Shown piece after piece: positions 31,463 to 41,442 of a stretch of DNA of 64,000 bases; position 1 is the first letter of the stretch, and every line of letters starts with the position of its first letter. Source of the DNA: an uncultured delta proteobacterium. GTDB lineage: Bacteria; Myxococcota_A; Polyangia; Fen-1088. The DNA lies in NCBI GenBank assembly GCA_963755125.1, contig CAVWIP010000018.1, positions 128,001 to 192,000 of the forward strand, in the 5' to 3' direction. The notes beneath the pieces are model-generated. The model was not told the origin of the DNA and did not search any database. It saw only the letters and a list, made by a program, of their open reading frames with translations. Both the position numbers and the translations under genes were made by a program.

Positions 31463-33412
31463 TTACGGCGCCGACGATGGCGGGTTGAAGGCCACCCCAT
31501 TCGCCATGACGTTCGACACGGTAAGGCCTGAGTAGTGCCCCGATCCCCCGGCAAGTGCAGGGCTGGGCGACGTGGTTATTGTGATGTTGCTGAGGTTGAT
31601 ACCGGTCGCCAACGCGGTGGTGTCGGCGCCTGCCACCAAGAAGGGGCTGCTGGTCGTGCGAGTCACGGTCGCAGTGTCGACATTGATGTTGCTGAAGGTG
31701 GCGTACTTGGTAGGTCCGATCGTGGCCCCGCTGACGTAGTGACCCGTCATATAGAGAAATTGGTTCACGGTTGCGACGGTCAGCCTTCTGGCGTAGATGT
31801 CCTCGATGAAACCACCGCGGGTGATGGCCGCTTTGATGTAAAGCACGTATTGGAGATCTCCGGCTGCATTCGAGAAGGTAGTATCCTCCACGTAGACATT
31901 GCGGATTCCGGCGGACTCCTCGCTGCCCATGGCTACCCCACCCTCCTTCGCCGTGAGTGTGCAATTCTGAATCACGATGTTTTGGGTCGTCTTGTAGTAG
32001 GTCCACCCGTCGCGATCGCGACCCGCCTTGATCGCGATGGCGTCGTCCCCCACCTGGATGGTGGCGTTCTTGATGAGAACGTCCGTGCACGATTCCGGGT
32101 CGAACCCGTCGGTGTTGCCCACACTGCCCAGGGAGGTAAAGTTCGTCGCGGTGACGTTGGTGCAGAACACCGGGTGAATTGTCCAGAACGGCGAGTTCTT
32201 GGCCGTGAAGCTGTCGAACAAGACGTTGGTGCAATTCATGAATTCGATGAGACTCGGCCTCAAATAGTGGCCTGTCCCGTAGATTCTTTGCGCGATGGGC
32301 ACGCCGTTGGCGTTCTGGGTGCGCAAAGCGGTTTGGTCTGCGGTCTGCTTCGAGGCCCAGGCGTACCAATCGTTCATGGTCGCGTTTCCATCGATGGTCC
32401 CGCTGCCGGTTATCGCAACATTGGTCGCATCGTGGGCCCAGATGAGCGGCTGGTAATTATAAAGGAGGCTGCTTTCCCAGGAGACTTCGACGGGTCCATT
32501 TGGCAGGTACTTGGTCGGGTCGGTCGAGAACTTGATCGTCGCGCCCGTATCCACGTACAGATTGATGTTGCTCACCAACTCGATCGGTCCAGTAAAGAAC
32601 GTGCCTCCCGAGGCGACGACCCGGCCTCCACCTTTACTGGAACAGTCGGCAATAGCCGCGGCGAACGCCGCCGTGTTGTCGGTGGTCCCGTCGGCCACGC
32701 CTCCGTAATTGGTCACGTCGCAATCGAGGTTGGGGAACGTCGGCGCGACAATTCGGGCCAGGATGGTGTCGACAGTGTCCCACCCGACGCCCGCATCTCC
32801 CGCAGACGGGCTCGCGTCCTGGCCGCCGCCCGTGCCCGCGGAGCCGCCGGAGCCTGTGACACCTCCGGCACTCGTCGTGCCGCCCGTGGCACTGCTACCG
32901 CCGGCCGTCGTCGCCCCACCCGTCGTCGTCCCGCCTCCGGTGCTCGTCGCGCCACCCGTGGCTTTGCTGCCACCGGCCGTTGTCGTGCCACCCGTCGTCG
33001 TCCCACCTCCGGTGCTCGTCGTGCCGCCCGTGGCTTTGCTGCCACCGGCCGTTGTCGTGCCAGCCGTCGTCGTTCCGCCTCCGGTGCTCGTCCCACCTCC
33101 GGTGCTCATCCCACCTCCGGTGCTCGTCCCACCTCCGGTGCTCGTTCCACCTCCGGCGCTCGTCCCACCTCCGGTGCTTGTCGCGCCACCCCCCGCGCCG
33201 CCGGTAAAGGTCGTGCCACCCATCGCACTGACGCCGCCTGATGTGGCGACGCTGCCACCCGCGGCGCTGGTGCCGCCGGCGACGGCCCCGCCAGAAAAGC
33301 CGGTTCCTCCGGCAGCAGTTCCCCCTGCCCCGGCTTTTCCACTTGACGAACTACAGGCGAGAATTGTTGATACCAGTACTGCAAGAAGGCTTAGGTTTGG
33401 TCGAATCGTCAT
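31463..33412 (-). CDS. GH28 polygalacturonase-family lipoprotein
   Basis: ILAC lipobox; GT linker; NSPFWTIHP, NTDGFDP, GDDAIAIKAG, GSE and YIK..TRGG. Confidence 0.92.
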   Translation of the reverse strand: MTIRPNLSLLAVLVSTILACSSSSGKAGAGGTAAGGTGFSGGAVAGGTSAAGGSVATSGGVSAMGGTTFTGGAGGGATSTGGGTSAGGGTSTGGGTSTGGGMSTGGGTSTGGGTTTAGTTTAGGSKATGGTTSTGGGTTTGGTTTAGGSKATGGATSTGGGTTTGGATTAGGSSATGGTTSAGGVTGSGGSAGTGGGQDASPSAGDAGVGWDTVDTILARIVAPTFPNLDCDVTNYGGVADGTTDNTAAFAAAIADCSSKGGGRVVASGGTFFTGPIELVSNINLYVDTGATIKFSTDPTKYLPNGPVEVSWESSLLYNYQPLIWAHDATNVAITGSGTIDGNATMNDWYAWASKQTADQTALRTQNANGVPIAQRIYGTGHYLRPSLIEFMNCTNVLFDSFTAKNSPFWTIHPVFCTNVTATNFTSLGSVGNTDGFDPESCTDVLIKNATIQVGDDAIAIKAGRDRDGWTYYKTTQNIVIQNCTLTAKEGGVAMGSEESAGIRNVYVEDTTFSNAAGDLQYVLYIKAAITRGGFIEDIYARRLTVATVNQFLYMTGHYVSGATIGPTKYATFSNINVDTATVTRTTSSPFLVAGADTTALATGINLSNITITTSPSPALAGGSGHYSGLTVSNVMANGVAFNPPSSAP

Positions 33413-33684
33413 GGGCAAATCCTCTCGACAAGCCTCCAGTGTACGCCGAAACCTCGCCTCGTTCGCTCGCTTTTTTTGCCACGCGCAGGATGAAAAGGAT
33501 TTGTCGTTCGCCAGCGTCATCCGCCTCCCCGATCAGGTGACAGCCGCCCACATGGCGAATGCTGGCGCCGTGCGGAATCGTGACGGGCCGATTGCCGACG
33601 CAATGCTTGGAAATCGTGCCTGTCTCGAGTAAAGTCAACTCACCTATGGCTCGCTCGATGCTCGGCGTTCCCAGGGACTGAACC

Positions 33685-34090
33685 ATGCGAGTACGAAAGA
33701 ACGCACGATCCTCATTCATTTTCGGCGTTGCAGCGTTCATAGCGGCCGCAGCCGGCCCGGCTTGCTCCGAGAGCTCGTTTCAACCAATCACCTATGGCGC
33801 CAAACCGTGGTCGCCCCCTCCAACCTGGGATGAGCCGCCCTGCACAGTTGGGTACTACGTGGCTATCGTGGGGGAGACTTGTGACGGTTGCACCGGAACC
33901 TCGTACGCTCTTTGCACCGGGATCAGCTTCACTCAGTGCGTGTGCGGAGGTCCGTTCTGGCCCGGCGCGACATGCCCGGCAAACGCGGCTTGCGCTGACA
34001 ACGATTTTCCGCCGTTCGGCTGGCAACAGTCTCCGGATTAGCGCTGGCCCTGGCTGGCTGGGCCGGCCTCCAATCGGGTGCAGAGGCCGG
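33685..34090 (+). pseudogene. Paralog of the 27690 Cys-rich lipoprotein, C-terminally disrupted
   Basis: Aligns at the DNA level; GATTACGCT has become GATTAGCGCT (1-bp insertion creating TAG at 34039-34041), and an extra CTGG follows. Confidence 0.7.
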
Positions 34091-34151
34091 CGGCGGCCCT
34101 CGGAAGGGGTGAAGAGGGCAGGTGTACATCCACCCGGCGTCGCGCCGGGCC

Positions 34152-34622
34152 TCAATTGTCCTGCGCACCCTCCTGGATCCAGGCACGGATGAGGTTCTGC
34201 TGATCTTCGGGAACCGCAGTTCCAGAGAACTGCGCGGTTCCTCCACTGGTCAAGAAGTACCCTGTGTCCGCCGGCATTTGGCTTCCGCATGGCGGCGTCG
34301 GCTGTGAGATCTTCAGGTACATGATGCTGATGTCGGGCTGGCCCGGGACCACTCGCGTTCCCATATTCATGCAACTTGCCCCATTGCATGGCTGGCCGAC
34401 GAGGCTCCAGAAGGTGCGCACCTGCGAACTCATGTCGAGGGCGCCGAACCGAATACCCACGCCGTTATAGTGGCAAAAGTCGCTGGTGCAGGTCGGCTGG
34501 ATGACCTCTGTGTAGACTTTGGTTAATGAGTTGGCCGACGGCGCGGCACCGGAACCGCATCCCAAGCTGAGAAACGCTGACGCGCAAAGTGCGAGAACCG
34601 CTCCTGGAACAATGTGTCTCAT
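34152..34622 (-). CDS. Lipoprotein, putative c-type cytochrome (CX4CH)
   Basis: RBS GGAGGA; LGC lipobox; CTSDFCH; PGQPDISIMYLKI; GSQMP; IRAWIQEGA. Confidence 0.65.
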   Translation of the reverse strand: MRHIVPGAVLALCASAFLSLGCGSGAAPSANSLTKVYTEVIQPTCTSDFCHYNGVGIRFGALDMSSQVRTFWSLVGQPCNGASCMNMGTRVVPGQPDISIMYLKISQPTPPCGSQMPADTGYFLTSGGTAQFSGTAVPEDQQNLIRAWIQEGAQDN

Positions 34623-34859
34623 CGATTCCTCCACGAGCCCATGTTTGACACTGAAGTCAATCTACAACGCTCTTTCGCCTCGGACCACTCATTTTGGTCG
34701 CATCCGTCCTTCAACGCGCGCAGGCGGTCTGATCGGAATGCGGCGGAGTTCCGGCGTGGCTGTGCGGGGGAGTGCCGGGCAAGCTCAGGTCCGCTGGCCG
34801 AGCATGACCTGGCGGAAGACGCTGGCGGCCAGGGCCTTCGGAGCTCGGGCTGCACTACG

Positions 34860-34991
34860 TTTTGGGAACCTCCGCAACCGCTCCGCGTCGAACCCGGCTG
34901 GCACGCGCAACCGCCGTCCGCCCGGTAACTCGATCTCGAACCGGCCACACGCCACCTGCACGCCCTGCACCTCCACCACGGGCAGGTTCAC
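34860..34991 (-). mobile_element. IS66 TnpA-like C-terminal remnant
   Basis: VVEV....FEIELPGGRRLRVPAGFDAERLRR. Confidence 0.65.
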
Positions 34992-35025
34992 CGGGGGCGG
35001 TTCCCCGAACGGATACTGACCGTAG

Positions 35026-35042
35026 TGTGACCCAAGGTCACA
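35026..35042. promoter_or_regulatory. Perfect palindrome TGTGAC-N5-GTCACA
   Basis: Seen directly in intergenic DNA about 120 bp upstream of 35165. Spacing is one base longer than the CRP box (TGTGA-N6-TCACA). Confidence 0.4.
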
Positions 35043-35164
35043 GATTGGTGTGAATCCGGCCGGCTGTCGGGACAGTCAGGCCGGAACACGCTCGGAAGTT
35101 GGCGTTCCTGCGGGCACAAGTCCTGACCCGCGCTTGGCCCAGGGCTTGAAAGGCCGAGATCGGC

Positions 35165-36295
35165 ATGACCACGCAGTCTCTCCGGACAAAGTGTTTCACG
35201 ACGCTTTCGCTGCTGCTGGCGCTGACTGGCTGTGGCAGTTCCAGCTACACCATCCCGCCTGCGGAGTTGCAGCGCCTGACCCAGTTGCCCCCCTCCCAGC
35301 GTGGAGACCACGTGCGCGCCTTCACGCCCGGCGTGGTGCCCATGCAAGTCGCCCCGCCCAGTCCGCCCGCAGCCGTTGTCCCGCCCAGCCCATCGGCTAC
35401 TCCGCCCAGCCCACCGTCGGCTACGTCGGCTGTAGAACCCCCGCCGCCACCGCCATTGCCCGACACGGCGGCTGGCGGCGATCTGCCTCCCGATCCGTTT
35501 GGGCCGGACGAGGTCGACCTGCTCGCCCCCGAGCCGCCTGGGCCTGCCATCGTGGTGGCCGTGGACGCTGGACCGCGCGCGCCCGTTCACCCGCCGGCCG
35601 CGCCTGCGCGACCGTCCCCCGCACCGCGAATTTCTCCACCCGCTCCCGCCCGCACGAGCGTCCCGCCCCCGGCCCCCGGCCACGTCGTGGCTCCGCCTGC
35701 GCCCGCCCGCACCAGCGTTCCACCCCCAGCGCCCGCTCGCATCGCTGCTCCGGCGACGACGCCCCGTCTGCCTGCGTCCCCCGCTCGCGGCACCACGCCA
35801 GTTCCTCGTGGAAGCGGCGGCCACCCCAGGGGCTCGTCGGTCTCGTTTCCTTCAGGTCACGGAAAGGGCGATGCCGTGGCGGGCGCCGTACTTGCGGTGG
35901 TTCTGCTGGTTGGGCTGGTTGCAGTCGTCGCCGAGGCTGGTCAGCCGGGACCGGCGTTTGATGGCTGGATCCGCACCTCGCCCGAACATCCCGTGCACCT
36001 GGAATACGCGGCTGGCCGGGAACGCAAGCTGCGCCTATGCGATCTGCAGCCGGCGGATCTGGTCGGTGTTCGCGCAGCGACAATCTACGACCTCGACGGC
36101 AACATTGGACGACTGGAAACCGCCGCAGACCGGCCACCCCTGGCGTCACAGCCTCGGCCCGCGCCAGCCCCGGAACCTGCGCGTCCACCTGTGCCGGTCA
36201 CCCCGCCCACTAGGCCCGCAGCGCCACCAGTCCAGCCGGCCGCCGGCCCATCGGCCCCGCTTTCCTGGCTTGCGACGTTCGACCGCGCGGCCTGA
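35165..36295 (+). CDS. Pro-rich lipoprotein with internal TM segment
   Basis: LTGC lipobox; duplicated PPAPARTSVPPPAP; TM AVLAVVLLVGLVAVVA; FDGW...HPVHL domain. Confidence 0.7.
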   Translation: MTTQSLRTKCFTTLSLLLALTGCGSSSYTIPPAELQRLTQLPPSQRGDHVRAFTPGVVPMQVAPPSPPAAVVPPSPSATPPSPPSATSAVEPPPPPPLPDTAAGGDLPPDPFGPDEVDLLAPEPPGPAIVVAVDAGPRAPVHPPAAPARPSPAPRISPPAPARTSVPPPAPGHVVAPPAPARTSVPPPAPARIAAPATTPRLPASPARGTTPVPRGSGGHPRGSSVSFPSGHGKGDAVAGAVLAVVLLVGLVAVVAEAGQPGPAFDGWIRTSPEHPVHLEYAAGRERKLRLCDLQPADLVGVRAATIYDLDGNIGRLETAADRPPLASQPRPAPAPEPARPPVPVTPPTRPAAPPVQPAAGPSAPLSWLATFDRAA

Positions 36296-36362
36296 GCAAG
36301 CTTGCCGCGCAACCGCGGCTGGGTCGCCCAGCGCGGGCATCGCTGCTATAAGGAAGCCCGAC

Positions 36363-37778
36363 ATGGAATCTCTGCGCGTGGACGCTCTCGTCATCGGCGC
36401 CGGGCCCGGCGGCTACGTGGCCGGCATCCGGCTCGGGCAACTTGGCAAGAAGGCCCTGGTCGTCGAGCGCGACAAGGCGGGCGGGGTTTGCCTCAACGTG
36501 GGTTGCATTCCGTCCAAGGCGCTCATCAATGCGGCCAAGCTGTACGAAAAGATCGCGCACGGCGCGGACCTGGGCATCCTGGTGGACAACCCGCGTGTGG
36601 ACATGGCCAAGCTGCAGTCGTGGAAAGAGGGCGTGGTCGGCAAGCTCTCGGTGGGGGTGCGCCAGTTGCTCAAGGCCAATGGCTGCGACTGGCGCAGCGG
36701 AAGCGCGCGCTTGCTGTCACCAGGCAGGGTCGAAATCCAGGGCACCGGCCCCGATGCCGGCAAGACCATCCAAGTGGAAGCCGCGCACATCGTGATCGCC
36801 ACTGGCGCGCGGCCCGTGGAGATCCCGGGCTTCGCCTTCGACGGCCTTCGCGTGGTCGACTCCACGGGCGCGCTCGCCTTCACCGAGGTGCCGCGCCGTC
36901 TGGTGGTGATCGGCGCCGGCTACATCGGCATGGAGATCGGCACGCTCTACGCCAAGCTGGGCAGCAAGGTTACCTTCGTCGAGGCACTGCCCAGCATCCT
37001 GTCGGGCAGCGAGCCTGATTGTGTCCAGGTGGTGGCGCGCAAGGCAAAGCAACTGGGCATGGAAATCCTGGTCGACGCCAGGGCCAGGGACTGGTCTGAG
37101 ATGGGCGATCGGGCGGTGGTGACGGTTGCGACCGCGGCCGGCGTGCGGCAACTCGACGCTGACAAGATCCTGGTCGCCGTGGGCCGCCAGCCCAACAGCG
37201 AAGATCTTGGCTTGCAGGCTGCCGGCGTGCGCGTGGAACGCGGTTTCATCCTGGTGGACCGCCAGATGCGCACCAACGTGGCCGGCATCTACGCCATCGG
37301 CGACGTGGTGGGGCAGCCCCAGCTCGCACACAAGGCTTCGCACCAGGCCGAGGTGGTGGCCGAGGTGGTCGTGGGCCGCGCTGCCGAGATGGACGCCGAG
37401 GCCATCCCGTCGGTGGTGTTCACCGATCCGGAGATCGCGTCCGCGGGTCTGGGCGCCGCCGAGGCAGAAAGGCGAGGCCTGCAGGTTACGCTCGGCAAGT
37501 TCCCGTTGGCGGCGCTGGGCCGCGCCCTCGCCAACCACGACAGCGACGGATTCGTGAAGGTGGTGGTCGAGACGCAGAGCCGGCGGGTGCTAGGCGTTCA
37601 CATCGTGGGCAACGGCGCAGGCGATGTCATCGCCGAGGCCGCGCTCGCCATCGAGATGGGCGCCCTGGCAGGCGACATTGCCGGCACAATCCACGCCCAT
37701 CCCACCTTGCCCGAGGCGATCATGGAGGCTGCGAAGGCCGCTTTGGGCCAGGCCATCCACATTCAGAACCGGAGGTGA
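36363..37778 (+). CDS. lpdA: Dihydrolipoyl dehydrogenase (E3)
   Basis: GAGPGGY, GGVCLNVGCIPSK, GAGYIGME, YAIGD and HAHPTLPE. Confidence 0.97.
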   Translation: MESLRVDALVIGAGPGGYVAGIRLGQLGKKALVVERDKAGGVCLNVGCIPSKALINAAKLYEKIAHGADLGILVDNPRVDMAKLQSWKEGVVGKLSVGVRQLLKANGCDWRSGSARLLSPGRVEIQGTGPDAGKTIQVEAAHIVIATGARPVEIPGFAFDGLRVVDSTGALAFTEVPRRLVVIGAGYIGMEIGTLYAKLGSKVTFVEALPSILSGSEPDCVQVVARKAKQLGMEILVDARARDWSEMGDRAVVTVATAAGVRQLDADKILVAVGRQPNSEDLGLQAAGVRVERGFILVDRQMRTNVAGIYAIGDVVGQPQLAHKASHQAEVVAEVVVGRAAEMDAEAIPSVVFTDPEIASAGLGAAEAERRGLQVTLGKFPLAALGRALANHDSDGFVKVVVETQSRRVLGVHIVGNGAGDVIAEAALAIEMGALAGDIAGTIHAHPTLPEAIMEAAKAALGQAIHIQNRR

Positions 37779-37780
37779 TC

Positions 37781-38767
37781 ATGCGAGTGCTGGTGACCGG
37801 TGGAGCCGGCTACATTGGGTCGCACACAGCGGCATTGCTGCGCGCACGCGGCGATTTCGTGGTGGTGCTCGACAGCATGGAGTTCGGACACCGCGAGGCC
37901 ATCGGTGACACACCCCTGGTGGTCGGCCGCACGCATGACCAGACGCTGGTCAGGCAGGTGATCGGGGACCATAGGCTCGACGCCATCATCCACTTTGCCG
38001 CCTACAAGGCCGCAGGCGAGTCCATGCGCAATCCCGCCAAATACTTCGACAACAACGTGAACGGCTCGCTCTGCCTGCTCGATGCCGCCCAGCAGGCCGG
38101 CGTGCGGCGCTTCGTGTTTTCATCGACCGCGGCGGTGTATGGCACGCCCCAGTCCTTGCCCGTGGCCGAGGACGCGCCTCTGCGTCCGGAGAACCCCTAC
38201 GGCGAGAGCAAGCTGCTCGTCGAGCAGATGTTGCGCTGGTTCGACACCTGCCACGGCTTGCGCTCGGTGGCGCTGCGCTACTTCAATGCCGCGGGCGCGG
38301 CGCTCGACGCCGGCAACGGTGAAGATCCGCACTTCGTACAGAACCTCATACCTCTGGTGATGAAGGCGGCCACCGGCCGGATCGCCAAGGTCTCGGTCTT
38401 CGGCACGGACTATCCCACGCCCGACGGCACCGGCATCCGCGACTACATCCACGTGCTGGATCTGGCCGAGGCCCATGCCCGCGCCCTCGACTTCCTCGCG
38501 GCACACGACCGGTCGGACGTGTTCAACCTGGGCACCGGCAAGGGCGCTTCGGTGCTCGAGGTTCTGCAGGAAGCCCGGCGCGCCAGTGGCGTGAACATAC
38601 CCGCCGAGAACGCCACTCGCCGTCCCGGCGATCCGTCGGCGGTGTGGGCGGACAATCGCAAGGCGCGCGCGCTGCTCGGCTGGCAGCCGCGCTATGGCCT
38701 CAGGGAGATCGTCGAGAGCGCCTGGGCGTGGAGCAAGCGCCACCCCGACGGATTTGTTTCGCTATGA
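37781..38767 (+). CDS. galE: UDP-glucose 4-epimerase
   Basis: TGGAGYIGSH, FSSTAAVYG, YGESK, LRYFN and TPDGTGIRDYIHV. Confidence 0.96.
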   Translation: MRVLVTGGAGYIGSHTAALLRARGDFVVVLDSMEFGHREAIGDTPLVVGRTHDQTLVRQVIGDHRLDAIIHFAAYKAAGESMRNPAKYFDNNVNGSLCLLDAAQQAGVRRFVFSSTAAVYGTPQSLPVAEDAPLRPENPYGESKLLVEQMLRWFDTCHGLRSVALRYFNAAGAALDAGNGEDPHFVQNLIPLVMKAATGRIAKVSVFGTDYPTPDGTGIRDYIHVLDLAEAHARALDFLAAHDRSDVFNLGTGKGASVLEVLQEARRASGVNIPAENATRRPGDPSAVWADNRKARALLGWQPRYGLREIVESAWAWSKRHPDGFVSL

Positions 38768-38774
38768 GACGCGG

Positions 38775-39668
<894 letters not shown>

Positions 39669-39755
39669 GGGGGAACTCTTGTCACGGTCCGGCCCGCTGT
39701 CAACTCCTGTCAGCGGATGCCGCCCGAGGCCCTCACGCGCACGGACAGCCGCACA

Positions 39756-41390
39756 CTACAGGCCCCAGCCCCACTGGAGACGGGCGAGGCCGGAAGCATT
39801 GTTTACGGTTAGGGAGAGATTCGTTCCCGTGCCGTTCAGCGTGGTGATGCTCGTGAAGTCGGTGTTTCGGAGGCCGACCCACAAGCAGCTTCCCATTTTG
39901 TAGTCCCTGAACTGGTCCGGCACGCCTTGCATGTAGGCAATCTCGACGGTTGTGCCAATGGGACCAGCATAGTCGAGCCCGGTCGTCATGGGTGCTCCGT
40001 ATTCCGTGGCGATGGTCCGGCTATAGTAGGGGCCCACGTGCGTCGTGACGTAGTCCCTCCAGCCTTGCTCGGTGAGCGAGGTGCTGTTGAAGGGATACAG
40101 GTGAAGAGACAGCAAGCAGCCGGCCAGACGAGAGTCGGCCCCTTGTTGATTGACGTCACCGTCATAGCCGGTGCCGGCCACAACGACGTGACTCTTGGGA
40201 ACGCTCGGGTATTGCGCGATCCATTGCACGGCCAGGTTGATGAAGGCAGTCGCACTGTATCCACCGGGTTCATTCATGATGTCGAAATAGACGAGGTCAT
40301 TGGTTCCGTATGCATCGACGACCGCTTGCCACATGGCGTAGAACGCGGTCATGTCCGATACTGTCCCACCACCAGTCCTGAGCCAGTAGCCGATTATGAC
40401 CTTCATATTCTTGCTTATGGCGGTATCGATAATGCCTTTGTAGGCGGCCCACCAGGCCGCGTTCGTCGTCGTTGGTTCGTTGATCGGGATGCGTATGCTG
40501 TTTGCGTTGAGGAGAGTTTGAAATCCAGAAAGGATCGCGTCGGCCTTGGCTGAGACAGTCGCATAGGTGTCCGAAGCGGCGGTCAGACCGGTCGGCTGAA
40601 GCACCCCGGCCTGGAAGTTGTCGCCCGGGTCGGCCCAGTTGACGCAATGGAAGCTCGATGTGTCCACACTCAGGCCGCCATCGCCGCTGGTCGTGGTACT
40701 GCCGGCTGCGCTGGTGCCGCCCGCGCTGCTGGTCCCGCCCGTAGCTCCACCCGCACTGGCAGTTCCGCCGCTGGCTCCTCCGGTCCCGGTGGTGCCGCCT
40801 CTCGCACCTCCCGTGCCGGTGGTCCCCGCGGTCGGCCCAGAGCCACCAGTGTTCCCGCCGCTCGCCGTCGTGCCGCCGACAACTGTGGATCCACCGACAG
40901 CCGTGGTGCCGCCGGTTGCTGGAGAGCCACCGCTGCCCGCAGTGCCACCAACCACTCCCCCGGCAGCGCCGCCAGTTTGTCCTCCGGCAGCCATGGTCCC
41001 GCTGGTTGCCGTGGTTCCCCCGGACGCGCCGCCAATTGCGCTCGATCCACCTGTCGACGTGGAGCCGCCAGTGACTGGAAAGCCCCCGCTCGCCGTACTG
41101 CCTCCGGCTGCACTCATGCCGCCCGCGCTGGTTGAGCCGCCCGCTGGTTGGTTGCTTCCTCCAAGCGCGACGGTTGTTCCTGTCGTGGTCCCGATCGCCG
41201 AAGTGCCGGCCGTGGCAACAGCACCCGCAGCACTCGTGACGCCACCAGCTCCAGCGGCGGGAGCGCCGCCCGTATTGCCGCCGCCGCTCTTTCCGGAGGT
41301 GCCGTTTCCAGAGCATGCGCCCAGAGTCAGAGCCAATGACAAGCCCAGCAGACCTTTCAGGCAAATGGAGCACTGACGGGGCGAGGTCAT
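39756..41390 (-). CDS. GH5-like glycoside hydrolase lipoprotein with GT-rich linker
   Basis: LGAC lipobox; NWADPGDNF, RIPINEPT, IMNEP (acid/base), HLY and TEYG (nucleophile). Confidence 0.85.
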   Translation of the reverse strand: MTSPRQCSICLKGLLGLSLALTLGACSGNGTSGKSGGGNTGGAPAAGAGGVTSAAGAVATAGTSAIGTTTGTTVALGGSNQPAGGSTSAGGMSAAGGSTASGGFPVTGGSTSTGGSSAIGGASGGTTATSGTMAAGGQTGGAAGGVVGGTAGSGGSPATGGTTAVGGSTVVGGTTASGGNTGGSGPTAGTTGTGGARGGTTGTGGASGGTASAGGATGGTSSAGGTSAAGSTTTSGDGGLSVDTSSFHCVNWADPGDNFQAGVLQPTGLTAASDTYATVSAKADAILSGFQTLLNANSIRIPINEPTTTNAAWWAAYKGIIDTAISKNMKVIIGYWLRTGGGTVSDMTAFYAMWQAVVDAYGTNDLVYFDIMNEPGGYSATAFINLAVQWIAQYPSVPKSHVVVAGTGYDGDVNQQGADSRLAGCLLSLHLYPFNSTSLTEQGWRDYVTTHVGPYYSRTIATEYGAPMTTGLDYAGPIGTTVEIAYMQGVPDQFRDYKMGSCLWVGLRNTDFTSITTLNGTGTNLSLTVNNASGLARLQWGWGL

Positions 41391-41442
41391 CTGGAACCTC
41401 CCTCTCTTGAAACCGTCGCGTCGGAAGGCGCCTGCGGCTACC

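Noticed and set aside
35499..36362. 288-aa N-terminal extension of lpdA in the ORF track
   Set aside because: Shadow of the overlapping Pro-rich gene; LpdA homology starts at ATG 36363.
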